From assembly GCA_017544935.1 (NCBI GenBank), contig JAFYDF010000017.1:12782-76781 (forward strand): 64,000 nt of DNA. The letters are read 5' to 3'. Position numbers and translations under genes: made by a program. The number at the start of each line of letters is the position of its first letter. The first letter of the stretch is position 1. Positions 1-9,872 of the stretch are shown in pieces. The notes under the pieces are model-generated. The model saw only the letters and a list, made by a program, of their open reading frames with translations, had not been told where the DNA came from and made no database searches. The stretch is from Clostridia bacterium (GTDB lineage Bacteria; Bacillota; Clostridia; Christensenellales; Aristaeellaceae).

Positions 1-783
1 TTCAGGCGGCAGCATCTGACGCCACTGGTTGGCGATCGCGTGGATTATACTCCGGGTACCGGTGATGAACATGGCTGGCTGGAAGAGATACTCCCCAGGA
101 CCAGTTCGTTTATTCGCCCGCCCGTTTCAAACATCAGCCTGCTGGTGATGGTCGCAGCAGAAACGCCTGCTCCGGACTGGTTGCTGCTGGATAAACTTCT
201 TCTGTCTGCACACAGACAGGGAATGCGCTGTGTACTGGCAATCAATAAATGTGACCTGGGAGATACGTCTGCCAGAACTGCAGAAGCGGATTATGCGCAG
301 GCAGACGTGACTGTGCTCCGCGTAAGCGCGGAAGAGAAGACAGGGCTTGATGAACTCTTGGCCTGCATGCATGGGGAGACGGTATGCTTTGCAGGACAGT
401 CTGGAGTCGGAAAGAGCACCTTGATCAATGCACTGATGGGACTGGAGCTTGAAACAGGAAGCATCAGCCGTATTGAACGCGGACGGCATACAACACGCCA
501 TGTGAGACTGATCTATGGGGAAGACTTTCGCGTGATGGACACGCCAGGCTTTAGCTTGCTGGAGATGGAAGAACTGATGGATCCTGTTGAACTGGCAGAA
601 TGGTATCCCGAATTTGATCATCTTCGGGGCAAATGCCGTTTCCAGCCGTGCTATCATGGCGGGGAACCGGGATGTGCTGTTCAGGCAGAATTGAGCATGG
701 GAAGGATCAGTGCCGCACGCGTTGCACGGTATCGGGAACTACTTGAAATGACAAGAAAGGCATGGAAGGAACGTTATGATTAA
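1..783 (+). CDS. rsgA: Ribosome small-subunit-dependent GTPase RsgA (5' end cut by window edge)
   Basis: Frame 1 is open from nt 1 (FRRQHLTPLVGDRV precedes the listed start at 40). Circularly permuted GTPase motifs NKCDL, then GQSGVGKSTLINAL and DTPGF. C-terminal Cys/His cluster CRFQPCYHGGEPGC. The stop overlaps the rpe start. Confidence 0.9.
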   Translation, partial: FRRQHLTPLVGDRVDYTPGTGDEHGWLEEILPRTSSFIRPPVSNISLLVMVAAETPAPDWLLLDKLLLSAHRQGMRCVLAINKCDLGDTSARTAEADYAQADVTVLRVSAEEKTGLDELLACMHGETVCFAGQSGVGKSTLINALMGLELETGSISRIERGRHTTRHVRLIYGEDFRVMDTPGFSLLEMEELMDPVELAEWYPEFDHLRGKCRFQPCYHGGEPGCAVQAELSMGRISAARVARYRELLEMTRKAWKERYD

Positions 784-1420
784 GGTATATCCGTCAATCC
801 TGGCAGCGGATCTGCTGAACATGGGCAATGATATCGAACGGATGTTGTCTGCAGGCGTAGACGGCTTACATGTGGATATTATGGACGCTCATTTTGTGCC
901 GAATCTCTCATTTGCTCCGGCAATGGTCAGTGCTATTCACAAACGCTTTTCCGATGTATGGCAGGATGTTCATCTGATGATGGATAATCCGCAGGATTAT
1001 CTGGATACCTTTATGGATGCTGGCGCCGATGCTGTGACTGTTCATGCTGAAATTGAAGCTGATGTGGGGGAAATACTCCGCAAGATCCGTGCCCGTGGAG
1101 TAAAGGCGGGTATTTCGATTAAGCCTAAGACGCCTGCGGCGGCAATCGAACCACTCCTGGACATCTGCGATCTGATCTTGGTTATGACGGTAGAGCCCGG
1201 CTTTGGTGGGCAGAAATTCATGGCCGATATGATGCCCAAGATCAGCTATCTTCGCAAAATTGGTTATCCGGGCAATATCCTTGTGGATGGCGGAGTCAAT
1301 GCGGAGACAGCAGTACAGTGTGTTGAAGCCGGTGCAGATACTCTGATCATGGGTACCGCACTGTTGAAGGCGCAGAATCCCTCTGCAGTAATGGCAGCCT
1401 GCCGTGCATTGGAGAAATAA
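776..1420 (+). CDS. rpe: Ribulose-phosphate 3-epimerase
   Basis: 214 aa. Motifs HVDIMDAHFVPN, VMTVEPGFGGQKF, VDGG. The ATG overlaps the rsgA stop, matching the usual rsgA-rpe linkage in Firmicutes. Confidence 0.9.
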   Translation: MIKVYPSILAADLLNMGNDIERMLSAGVDGLHVDIMDAHFVPNLSFAPAMVSAIHKRFSDVWQDVHLMMDNPQDYLDTFMDAGADAVTVHAEIEADVGEILRKIRARGVKAGISIKPKTPAAAIEPLLDICDLILVMTVEPGFGGQKFMADMMPKISYLRKIGYPGNILVDGGVNAETAVQCVEAGADTLIMGTALLKAQNPSAVMAACRALEK

Positions 1421-1422
1421 CA

Positions 1423-2265
1423 GTGAAACAAAGGAAAAGTACGCAGCATCGTCCTTCACAGGGGTTCCGGCAGAAGCACGCCCTGGGGCAGCATTTCCTC
1501 GAGGACACAGAATTGCTGAATGAATTGCTGGATGCGACGGGTGTAGGCATACAAGACGATATCCTGGAAATCGGGCCTGGCGGCGGTGACATGACTAGAC
1601 TGTTGTGCTCACGTTGCCGCAGCGTGACCGCGGTGGAGATCGACCGTGATCTGATTCCCATCCTGCGTGTGATGCTGGAAGGTGCGGCAAATTTCAAGCT
1701 TGTGGAAGGGGATATCCTCAAGACGGATATTGCTGCTCTGATGGCAGATAAGGAATCCTTCCATGTGGTCGCAAATATCCCGTATTATCTGACGACAGAA
1801 CTGATGGAGCGGCTGCTGCAGGGAGACCTGCTATTGAAGAGCGTCAACGTAATGGTTCAGAAAGAGGCTGCGCAGCGTATTGTTGCTGTTCCTTCAACTC
1901 CTGAGTATGGCCCACTGGCGATCCGTGCGCAGTATTATACGGAACCGCAGATCGTACGCGAAGTGAAGGCGGAGTGTTTCACACCACCTCCCAAGGTGGA
2001 CAGTGCGTTCGTATACATGCCATGGCGGACAGTACCTGCTGTTTCCGTTCGGGATGAAAAGACATTCTTTAAAATAGTTCGCACTGCTTTCGGCCTGCGC
2101 CGGAAAACGCTGTGTAATAATCTGATCGCGACCTATAAACTGGACCGTTCCCAGGTAGAAGAATGGTTATCGCGTGCCGGACTGCCGTTGAATGTACGCG
2201 GCGAGGCACTGACACTGCAGCAGTTTGCTGATCTTGCCAACAGTATAGAAAATGAGCCGGTATAA
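1423..2265 (+). CDS. rsmA: 16S rRNA (adenine1518/1519-N6)-dimethyltransferase RsmA/KsgA
   Basis: GTG start 7 nt after GGAGAA. Motifs GQHFL, EIGPGGG (SAM-binding site), ANIPYY. 280 aa. Confidence 0.9.
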   Translation: MKQRKSTQHRPSQGFRQKHALGQHFLEDTELLNELLDATGVGIQDDILEIGPGGGDMTRLLCSRCRSVTAVEIDRDLIPILRVMLEGAANFKLVEGDILKTDIAALMADKESFHVVANIPYYLTTELMERLLQGDLLLKSVNVMVQKEAAQRIVAVPSTPEYGPLAIRAQYYTEPQIVREVKAECFTPPPKVDSAFVYMPWRTVPAVSVRDEKTFFKIVRTAFGLRRKTLCNNLIATYKLDRSQVEEWLSRAGLPLNVRGEALTLQQFADLANSIENEPV

Positions 2266-2587
2266 TAATGTGTCGGTTAATAAAGAAAGACAGATATATG
2301 ACCAGCTGATGGATGGTAGTCAGTTGGTTTTTTGCGTTTGTATGTGTTTCCTGATCAACAGAAGAATAATAGTACTTCATCCTGGCAGATCTTTTTTATC
2401 TAACAAATTATCACTTCATAGACATCGGATGTATATTATACTGTTTATAGAAATTGCTCTATTCTTGATCTTTAAAACCACTAAATTATATGCTGCCTTT
2501 TCCCTGGGTCTAGTAATATCATCTATATCACGAATAGTAGCCCATAAAAAGAGTGTTAGATCATATATCAGTTGATAACGGTATTAT

Positions 2588-3757
2588 TCATTTTACTTCG
2601 ACTTGAATCATATTTGTTGGGAAAGAAACTTGCCATTCGTATCCTGCAAAAACCCAAAGGTTGGTTCTATCTTCGAATTCCCCATAGATAACATAGTGAT
2701 CCATGTCTTCAGGCCGAACAGGGAAGACTTTTTCGATCCATAGTTCATCATCTTCTATCCAACCGATTTCAGAGACATAATACTGATTATCTATTAACTG
2801 TTGAATATAGGGGCTATCTCCCCATGTGATCTCGTTTCCCTGCTGATCTTTCAGAATAACATAACTGAGGTATTGATAATAGATACTGCTGTTATGTTCT
2901 GTCTCTATAGAAACAGAATAATGTGGAATATGCAGCTGAACGTGCATCATCCCATCAATCCATCCAATGCCAGATAATTCAACACCGTCGATAATTGGAA
3001 TGCCCAAATTGTTTTCCGGATTCAGGACATGGGGGATTTCTATTGTTGTTCCATTGAATGAGTCGTCAGTAATGATAGTCCCTAGTATTGATGGATTAGT
3101 GGGACCAGGAACAGATTCCGACTTGTATTCTTGATCAGTCATCAGCGGCCATAAGTCTATAACTGTCTGCAATGGGTTTACTATGTCGGTTACTGTGAAT
3201 TCGATTGTATGAACATTGTTTAATAGAGCACTTTCTGACAAGCCTTCCTGCGATTCGAGTGAGGAATAACCCACATAGGCAGCATAAATGATCTGGTGAG
3301 TTATTGGATCATATGATACTATTTTGCCGGGATTATAATCCAAACCAGACAAGCCATTAATAATAAAATCACACTCTGTATTGCTATTAATTCTATCTCC
3401 TGTGAGATCAGTCAGTGAATATGTAATCAGCAGATGGTCTTCACACATGCTTGCAGAGAGAACATCTAAACGGATTCCAGCTTTTTCATCACTCAGGTTT
3501 AGCGGGCGAAGAGTTCTTGCCGCTTCTGGCCAAATCTTATACAAGATGGCATTGATGTTTTCAACCCCTGCAGCTAGAGCTGTCATGGTGCCAATCAGAA
3601 GCATTGTAATGACACAAATAATAATGAACGATAGCTTCGCTTTTTGGGGCTTTCTACTGTCTGATTGTGAAATAATGCGTTGAGCTAAAAAAGGATTTGC
3701 TTTTAATCCGGAAAGAGAATGATTCAGAATACCCTGCATCCTGCACTTGTCATTCAT
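2588..3757 (-). CDS. Anti-sigma factor-like membrane protein (DUF4179-like, from memory)
   Basis: The ATG at 3755-3757 overlaps the upstream sigma gene stop by 8 nt and is preceded by GAGAGGAG. Short cytoplasmic N-terminus, one TM (LSFIIICVITMLLIGTMTALAAG), and a large extracytoplasmic domain. Confidence 0.6.
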   Translation of the reverse strand: MNDKCRMQGILNHSLSGLKANPFLAQRIISQSDSRKPQKAKLSFIIICVITMLLIGTMTALAAGVENINAILYKIWPEAARTLRPLNLSDEKAGIRLDVLSASMCEDHLLITYSLTDLTGDRINSNTECDFIINGLSGLDYNPGKIVSYDPITHQIIYAAYVGYSSLESQEGLSESALLNNVHTIEFTVTDIVNPLQTVIDLWPLMTDQEYKSESVPGPTNPSILGTIITDDSFNGTTIEIPHVLNPENNLGIPIIDGVELSGIGWIDGMMHVQLHIPHYSVSIETEHNSSIYYQYLSYVILKDQQGNEITWGDSPYIQQLIDNQYYVSEIGWIEDDELWIEKVFPVRPEDMDHYVIYGEFEDRTNLWVFAGYEWQVSFPTNMIQVEVK

Positions 3758-4277
3758 CTTGATCGCTCCTCTCAAATCGATCCAATGCTTTTTGAAGTTT
3801 GGTTCGTGCTCGCTGTAATCTGCTGGAAACGGCTTGCTGAGATATATTGAGCGTTTTAGCGATTTCCTGGGTATTCATGTCCTCGAAATAGTATAATAAA
3901 ACAGCTTCCCTGAGGCGTATTGGCAATTTCATTACTTCGACAGTTATATAATCTTCCTTAATATTCGGTTCTTCAGTACGAATTGGGAGTATATCAACTG
4001 ATATCGATCGATTGACATGCCTGAACCAGCTTTCACGATATATATCTCTGCAGCAGTTTATTGCAATGGCAGAGAGCCAGGTTTTCATTTCTGCCTTGCC
4101 ATGAAACTGTTCTAGTTTTCTGTAGGCTTTCAGAAAGGTTTCCTGTACAGCATCTTCAGCCAAGTCCTGATCATGCAGATATGCATAGCATAGCCGCAGA
4201 AGAGATAACTGATGAACTTCTACTAAATGTGTGATTTCCTTTTCTGGCGAACGGCTAGAAGAATTATCCGTTTCCAT
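3750..4277 (-). CDS. ECF-type RNA polymerase sigma-70 family factor (module 1)
   Basis: 175 aa with only sigma regions 2 and 4 (AEDAVQETFLKAY, WLSAIAINCCRD, QEIAKTLNISQQAVSSRLQRAR). RBS AAGGAGG. Confidence 0.85.
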   Translation of the reverse strand: METDNSSSRSPEKEITHLVEVHQLSLLRLCYAYLHDQDLAEDAVQETFLKAYRKLEQFHGKAEMKTWLSAIAINCCRDIYRESWFRHVNRSISVDILPIRTEEPNIKEDYITVEVMKLPIRLREAVLLYYFEDMNTQEIAKTLNISQQAVSSRLQRARTKLQKALDRFERSDQDE

Positions 4278-4432
4278 GATGCTGTCAACCTCCTTTCATT
4301 GATTTAGACGTAATTACCTGCAGTTTATACAACATATTTATGAGTATTTTTGATTAATTTATTATTCGAGACTCAGCATGAATTCTAGAAGAGAAATAGA
4401 TTAACTGCTAGAGATGAAGCTAGGCATTAACT

Positions 4433-4459
4433 GAAAATGAGCCGATCATATGTCGGCTC
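4433..4459 (-). terminator. Rho-independent terminator after the SGNH hydrolase gene
   Basis: Minus strand reads GAGCCGAcatatgaTCGGCTC followed by ATTTTCAG, 36 nt past the stop at 4495. Confidence 0.5.
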
Positions 4460-4494
4460 AAGATTATAGTAAACACAGTTTACCGACTGAAGGC

Positions 4495-5529
4495 TTAACC
4501 TTTAGACGGTTTTTTAATAGCTTTCTTTACGGCATCGTGCATGTAAGGAAGTAGTGCCTGTGCAAAATACGTCATACCTAGATCATTAGGATGGAGACCA
4601 TCCAGGAAGAAGGCGCGGGTATGCGGCATCAAACACCAGCCGTCTATGCAGCGCATTTGCGTATAAGGTGCGCAAAGGGCGGTAAGAGCTTCAAAGAGTT
4701 TGCTTTCCCGATACAGATTGGGACGGAAGGGCGGTTGATCCGGCTCTTGGCGGCAGCGCTTGACAGGAGAAAGTACCAGTACGGGAGACTGGGGGAAGAG
4801 TTCGTTCAGGCGCGCAAAGAAACTTGCAGCATAGAAATCGAAGTCAGCCTTGTCTTTCCTGTTGGACCAGTCATTGGTACCGAGTGCAACGGTGATAAGG
4901 TCAGGCATAAAACCGACATCAGCAAGGCAGTCAGGCTCAAAACGCACTGCTGCGACACTTTGGTTGAGTGCTTCACAGTCAAATGCTGCTGCTGCCTGCA
5001 TTGCGTAGCCAGTTGACGCGTAGGCTGCACCGATGCCTTGAGTAATGGAATCGCCCAGCATCAGAATGCGCCGTTTGCGCTGCGGTACCGGGATAAGCTT
5101 TGCTGTTTGGGGGATAGCAATATCACGCAGTGCGAAGTCAAACGTATGTGGCAGCCAGATGACCACGCGTTTGTCTCCGGTCCCGAGAGGAACGGCTGTT
5201 TCCTGTGCGGTATGGAATGGACAACTCAGAGCATATTGCCAGCGCAATACACCATCTATATATACGTCGATCGTGCTTCCGCGCTGAGCGGTGTTCATCG
5301 GGTATCCGTCCAGCAGCTGCCAGAACAAAGCGATTTTTTCGGCATCGGTATCAAACTCCAGAGTCACACCGGTGCTGCAGCGGGCTTTAGAACCCATGAT
5401 CGTGGCATATTCAATTGTATCGAAAAATGCACGCTGCGACGGGGTATAACGTCTGGGCACCAGATAACCGTCCAATTCATCAATGGACAGAATATTATGA
5501 AACAGACTGCGCAGTATTTCTTGATCCAT
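4495..5529 (-). CDS. SGNH/GDSL-family hydrolase
   Basis: SGNH blocks LMLGDSITQG, GTNDW, DGLHPN. Start chosen at MDQEIL (GGGGAGGA 7 nt upstream). The longer ORF reaching 5562 would begin inside the glyQS terminator stem. Confidence 0.8.
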   Translation of the reverse strand: MDQEILRSLFHNILSIDELDGYLVPRRYTPSQRAFFDTIEYATIMGSKARCSTGVTLEFDTDAEKIALFWQLLDGYPMNTAQRGSTIDVYIDGVLRWQYALSCPFHTAQETAVPLGTGDKRVVIWLPHTFDFALRDIAIPQTAKLIPVPQRKRRILMLGDSITQGIGAAYASTGYAMQAAAAFDCEALNQSVAAVRFEPDCLADVGFMPDLITVALGTNDWSNRKDKADFDFYAASFFARLNELFPQSPVLVLSPVKRCRQEPDQPPFRPNLYRESKLFEALTALCAPYTQMRCIDGWCLMPHTRAFFLDGLHPNDLGMTYFAQALLPYMHDAVKKAIKKPSKG

Positions 5530-5542
5530 GATGGCATCCTCC

Positions 5543-5575
5543 CCAAAACAAAATGCCCGCATGAGAATGCGGGCA
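5543..5575 (-). terminator. Rho-independent terminator after glyQS
   Basis: Minus strand reads TGCCCGCATtctcATGCGGGCA followed by TTTTGTTTTGGGG, directly after the glyQS stop (5583). Confidence 0.7.
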
Positions 5576-5582
5576 CAATTGA

Positions 5583-6962
5583 TTAGAATTGCAGTTTACT
5601 CTCGATGAATGCTTTCAGGTCATCAATCTTGACACGTTCCTGCTGCATGGTATCGCGGTCACGGACGGTCACAGTACCATCTGCTTCAGTGTCAAAGTCA
5701 ACTGTGATGCAGAAGGGCGTGCCGATCTCATCCTGGCGGCGATAGCGCTTGCCGATGGAGCCGGTTTCATCATATTCGACCATGAAGTACTTTGCCAGCT
5801 GGCTGTGAATTTCACTGGCCAGTCCGCCCAGCTTGTTCTTCTGCAGGGGCAGTACGGCAGCCTTGAAAGGCGCCAGCGCGGGATGCAGATGAAGCACAGT
5901 ACGTACGTCCCCGCCTTCGAGCTCTTGCTCATCATAAGCATTGCACAGGAAGGCCAGTACACTGCGTTCAACACCGAGGGAAGGCTCGATACAGTAAGGA
6001 ACGAATTTCTCCCCGGTAACGGGATCGAGGTATTCCATACTCTTGCCGCTGTGCTCCTGATGGCGGGTCAGGTCATAATCGGTACGGTCGGCCACGCCCC
6101 AAAGTTCACCCCAGCCGAATGGGAACAGGAATTCAAAGTCAGTCGTCGCTTTGGAGTAGAAGGCCAGCTTTTCGGGTTCATGGTCGCGCAAACGCAGGTT
6201 TTCTTCACGAATGCCCAGACTGAGAAGCCAATCGCGGCAGAAGGAACGCCAGTAGTTGAACCATTCAAGGTCTGTCCCGGGCTTGCAGAAGAACTCCAGT
6301 TCCATCTGTTCAAATTCACGTACACGGAAAATGAAGTTGCCCGGTGTGATTTCATTGCGGAAGGATTTGCCAATCTGGCCAATGCCGGCAGGCAGCTTTT
6401 TGCGCGTTGCGCGCATTACATTCTGGAAATTGACAAAGATGCCCTGAGCAGTCTCGGGACGCAGATACAGTTCAGAAACACTGTTCTCATTGACACCCTG
6501 GAAGGTCTTGAACATCAGGTTGAACTGGCGGATGCCGGTGAAGTCTTTCTTTCCACAAACAGGGCACTTGATGTCGTGCTCAGCAATATAGTTTTCCAGC
6601 TCTTCGTTGGTCCAGCCGTCTCCGGTCTCTTCACCTTTGGTAAAGTCTTCGATTAACTTATCAGCACGGAAACGCGCCTTGCAGGCTTTACAGTCCATCA
6701 GCGGGTCATTGAAGCCGCCTACATGGCCGCTGGCGACCCATACTTCACGATTCATCAGAATGCCTGCATCCAGGCCAACGTTGTATTTACTTTCCTGGAC
6801 GAACTTTTGCCACCAGGCTTTTTTGATGTTGTTTTTCAGTTCCACGCCCAGAGGACCGTAATCCCAGGCATTCGCCAGGCCGCCGTAAATCTCGGAGCCG
6901 GGATAAATAATGCCGCGTGATTTGCACAGCGCGACCAGCTTGTCCATAGTCAGATTGCTCAT
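5583..6962 (-). CDS. glyQS: Glycine--tRNA ligase (single-chain GlyQS type)
   Basis: 460 aa from [49 protein letters not shown] upstream of the ATG at 6962. The listed 510-aa ORF extends upstream over the promoter. Confidence 0.95.
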   Translation of the reverse strand: MSNLTMDKLVALCKSRGIIYPGSEIYGGLANAWDYGPLGVELKNNIKKAWWQKFVQESKYNVGLDAGILMNREVWVASGHVGGFNDPLMDCKACKARFRADKLIEDFTKGEETGDGWTNEELENYIAEHDIKCPVCGKKDFTGIRQFNLMFKTFQGVNENSVSELYLRPETAQGIFVNFQNVMRATRKKLPAGIGQIGKSFRNEITPGNFIFRVREFEQMELEFFCKPGTDLEWFNYWRSFCRDWLLSLGIREENLRLRDHEPEKLAFYSKATTDFEFLFPFGWGELWGVADRTDYDLTRHQEHSGKSMEYLDPVTGEKFVPYCIEPSLGVERSVLAFLCNAYDEQELEGGDVRTVLHLHPALAPFKAAVLPLQKNKLGGLASEIHSQLAKYFMVEYDETGSIGKRYRRQDEIGTPFCITVDFDTEADGTVTVRDRDTMQQERVKIDDLKAFIESKLQF

Positions 6963-6993
6963 GGCAGTCCCTCCCTTGTTTACATACCTTGTA

Positions 6994-7022
6994 ATCATAC
7001 CCGCAAGAGGAGAAAATGTCAA
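6994..7022 (-). promoter_or_regulatory. Sigma-70-type promoter of glyQS
   Basis: Minus strand TTGACA (7022-7017), 17-nt spacer, TATGAT (6999-6994), about 30 nt upstream of the RBS. Confidence 0.5.
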
Positions 7023-7155
7023 GGAAAAAGCCGTTTTTTTGACCGTTTCTGGAGTAACCGGCATCATAGTAAAACGCGACTTGAAAAATGAAAAAAAGTT
7101 GCCCCATTCAGGCATTTGTGATAGAATATATCGGTATTATTTTAGGAGGGGACTC

Positions 7156-8205
7156 ATGAAGAAAAACAGGTGGCTAACGCCGGTTGTCTTTCTTCTGTTA
7201 GTGGCTCTGACAGTATTTGCCGTCAGTCAGCAGAGTAAGACGTTCAGCGCAGCTGAATTCTTTGAGTATATGCAGGATCTCAAACCGTGGGGGATGCCTG
7301 CTGCAATTGCTTGTATGCTTGGCTTCATTTTGTTTGAAGGCCTCGCATTACTGATTATCTGCCGCGCATTAGGCTATTCTAAACGACTGCATCATGGAAT
7401 TGCATATTCTGCAGCAGACATCTATTTCTCTGCCATTACGCCTTCTGCGACAGGAGGTCAGCCAGCCTCTGGCTTGATGATGGTTGGTGATGGAATTCCT
7501 ACTGGAGTGACTACAGTCGCTTTGTTGCTGAATCTGACTTTTTATACTTCTGCTATTTTTTTGATTGCAATTGCAGGATGCCTGTTATATCCGGATGTAT
7601 GGAGCGCGTTTGGTGTTCCGTCACATATTATGATCATTATCGGTATTTCATTACAGGTAGCGTTGCTTGGCGGGTTTATTCTACTAGTTTTTTATGATAA
7701 GGTGTTTCTGCGTATAATTGATTTCTTCCTGATGCTTGGACAGAGATTACATCTCGTCAAGGACGCTGAAAGCCGTCATAATAAGATGCTGGAGATCGAA
7801 GAAGACTACAGGGCAAGCGCTGGTGCGATATCTTCGCATAAAAGAGCTATGGCGATTGCGCTTCTGTTCAATGTACTGCAGCGTGTGTGTAATGTTGCGG
7901 TTCCTGTAGTACTATATGGAGCTTCAGGAGGAAAGAGCGCTAGCTTGCGAAAAGTGTTTGGTATTCAGACAATGGTAGCACTAGGTGCAAGCAGCCTGCC
8001 TATGCCCGGCGGAGTAGGAGTGACTGACTATCTGTTTATGGATGGATACAGCAGCTTATTGAAAGATCCTGTCAATCTGGAGCTACTTTCACGTACTGTA
8101 TCATTCTACAGCTGTGTGCTGCTATGTGCGATCATGCTGCTGGTGATTACCATCGTACGAAAAGTACATAAAACGGAGGGAAGAGATCGTGAAGAAATGG
8201 CTTAA
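7156..8205 (+). CDS. Multi-pass membrane protein, UPF0104/lysyl-phosphatidylglycerol-synthase TM-domain-like (flippase-like)
   Basis: ATG at 7156 after AGGAGGGG. About 8 hydrophobic segments. Motif SAITPSATGGQPASG resembles the TPGGxG signature of this family (from memory). Confidence 0.55.
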   Translation: MKKNRWLTPVVFLLLVALTVFAVSQQSKTFSAAEFFEYMQDLKPWGMPAAIACMLGFILFEGLALLIICRALGYSKRLHHGIAYSAADIYFSAITPSATGGQPASGLMMVGDGIPTGVTTVALLLNLTFYTSAIFLIAIAGCLLYPDVWSAFGVPSHIMIIIGISLQVALLGGFILLVFYDKVFLRIIDFFLMLGQRLHLVKDAESRHNKMLEIEEDYRASAGAISSHKRAMAIALLFNVLQRVCNVAVPVVLYGASGGKSASLRKVFGIQTMVALGASSLPMPGGVGVTDYLFMDGYSSLLKDPVNLELLSRTVSFYSCVLLCAIMLLVITIVRKVHKTEGRDREEMA

Positions 8206-8869
8206 TGCATTAGAACGCCATCTTTATAAATATAATATTCCACCAATCATGAAATATCTTGTTTTTGCCATGGGCGGTGTGTTTGTGCTGGATTTGTTTA
8301 TGGTAATGACAACTGCCTACACTACGCACATTAACTTGATTAGTTATATGACTCTCGATGTCACAATGGTGCTGCAGGGGCAAGTATGGCGTCTACTTAC
8401 ATGGCTCATTGTGCCCAATCAAGATAATATGCTTTGGATGGCGCTGAGCCTGTATTTTTACTATTTCATTGGCACTGCATTAGAAAGTCGCTGGGGTGCA
8501 CGTAGGTTTTTGATTTTCTTTGTGATTGGCGCAATCGCAAACATTGCTGCTGCCTTCCTTTCTCATGCTATTACCGGATATGGATATGGGGTGAATACAT
8601 ATCTGTATTTTTCCCTGTTCCTTGCTTTTGCGGCATTGTATCCGGATATGCAGTTCATGCTGTTTTTCGTTTTGCCAATCAAGGCAAAGTGGCTTGCTGC
8701 AGTTGATCTGGTCTATTTCCTGATGGCAATCGTAATGGGCGGCGTTAGTCTGCGCATGGCCGCAATTGCATCGCTGGTCAATATATTGCTTTTCTTTGGT
8801 GAAGATATCTGGCAGACCGGACGCCGTATGTATTTTCAGTGGCAGCGCCGCCGCCAGTTCCGCCGCTGA
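8189..8869 (+). CDS. Rhomboid-like membrane protein lacking the catalytic Ser/His
   Basis: GTG start 8 nt after GGAGGG, overlapping the upstream gene. The WRLLTW and ALESRWGARRF blocks resemble rhomboid TM2/L1. No GxSG or later His motif found. Confidence 0.5.
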   Translation: MKKWLNALERHLYKYNIPPIMKYLVFAMGGVFVLDLFMVMTTAYTTHINLISYMTLDVTMVLQGQVWRLLTWLIVPNQDNMLWMALSLYFYYFIGTALESRWGARRFLIFFVIGAIANIAAAFLSHAITGYGYGVNTYLYFSLFLAFAALYPDMQFMLFFVLPIKAKWLAAVDLVYFLMAIVMGGVSLRMAAIASLVNILLFFGEDIWQTGRRMYFQWQRRRQFRR

Positions 8870-8873
8870 GCTG

Positions 8874-9434
8874 ATGGACAGCAGAAAAAAAGCCCGCCAC
8901 CAGAGTGCCATGATTGCATTTTGCGGCATGACGGTCGCTTTGTCGGTTGTTTTACTGCTCTTGGGCGGTGTAATTCCTATTGCAACCTATGCAGTACCAA
9001 TGCTCGCAGGATTACTGCTGCTGCCTGTCCTGCTGGAATTCGGCCCAAAAGCAGCATGGATGACTTTCTTCGCGACAGCACTGCTTTCGCTTTTCCTGGA
9101 TTTTGACAAGGAAGCGGCTTTTTTCTATCTTTTTATCGGTTACTATCCAATTATAAAATGGCGCTTGGATCGTTTTCAGCTGCGCATCAAAATACTTTTT
9201 GCTAAGCTGGTGATTTTTGTGACCGCGCTTGGAATGACATACGGACTGCTGGCACTGTTGTTGCCGACTGCTGCCGCGTGGCAGGAATTTGGTGAGATGG
9301 GGACTGCCATGATGATTGCGTTTGTCGTACTGTTCCTTTTCTGTCTTATGCTGTATGATCGGCTATTGACACCGCTTGCACTGCTCTATGTGCGGAGAAT
9401 CCAGCCCAAACTGAAAGTGTTGAAGAGAAAATAG
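8874..9434 (+). CDS. Polytopic membrane protein of unknown function
   Basis: 186 aa with 5-6 hydrophobic helices. The ATG lies 5 nt after the upstream stop. No family recognised with confidence. Confidence 0.5.
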   Translation: MDSRKKARHQSAMIAFCGMTVALSVVLLLLGGVIPIATYAVPMLAGLLLLPVLLEFGPKAAWMTFFATALLSLFLDFDKEAAFFYLFIGYYPIIKWRLDRFQLRIKILFAKLVIFVTALGMTYGLLALLLPTAAAWQEFGEMGTAMMIAFVVLFLFCLMLYDRLLTPLALLYVRRIQPKLKVLKRK

Positions 9435-9446
9435 GCAAACTGCTGA

Positions 9447-9842
9447 TCCGAAAAAAGCTCTCCATGGAGAATAAAAGACTATGAAACACTGACTGCAGAT
9501 TATCCGGAACCGTTACGGCAGAGAATCCCGAACGAATGCGGCGCTGTGCTGCGCGGGAACGAAAATTTCGAACGCGCTGTGATACTCGGGGAAGTATTGC
9601 TCTACCATGCTGCTCTGAAGGAGGTACTGGATGCTTACCTGTAGGCGCTCTTCACGTTGAATCACGTGCTGTTTTCCAGCCAGAAGCACTCTCTGAAGTC
9701 CATCCGCATCTTTTCTGTGAAACCGGAGTGGGTGGGAAAACGACTGCTTCAGGCAATTCGGCTTGATGCAGACGCGAAAACGCTAAAGGAGTCCCATGGA
9801 ATCTGGCAGGGCCTGTATAGTGATCTGCCGCTTAAGGACTAA
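9447..9842 (+). pseudogene. Interrupted ORF (in-frame TAG at 9642-9644, no start codon), probable gene remnant
   Basis: One reading frame is open from 9447 to 9842 except for a single TAG. The translation looks protein-like (…GNENFERAVILGEVLLYHAALKEVLDAYL*ALFTLNHVLFSSQKH…). A terminator-like hairpin follows at 9873. Confidence 0.3.
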
Positions 9843-9872
9843 ATATGCAGTAAGTAAAGTTTAGATTACTCA

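Noticed and set aside
2252-2575. 107-aa ORF in the AT-rich gap between rsmA and the anti-sigma gene.
   Set aside because: Its start lies inside the rsmA 3' end with no Shine-Dalgarno sequence, and the sequence is low-complexity and AT-driven. A short membrane peptide from the internal ATG cannot be excluded, but nothing supports it.
5589-6656. 355-aa plus-strand ORF.
   Set aside because: It is antisense to the well-supported glyQS gene, has no RBS, and has a low-complexity, non-protein-like composition.
6963-7155. Possible T-box leader upstream of glyQS.
   Set aside because: A consensus promoter sits about 30 nt from the RBS. The whole divergent gap is about 190 nt, and I saw no T-box sequence (AGGGTGGNACCGCG-like) or specifier/antiterminator architecture.
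9642-9644. In-frame TAG as pyrrolysine or programmed read-through.
   Set aside because: There are no pyl genes or methylamine methyltransferase context in the window, and the frame also lacks a start codon. A pseudogene is the simpler explanation.
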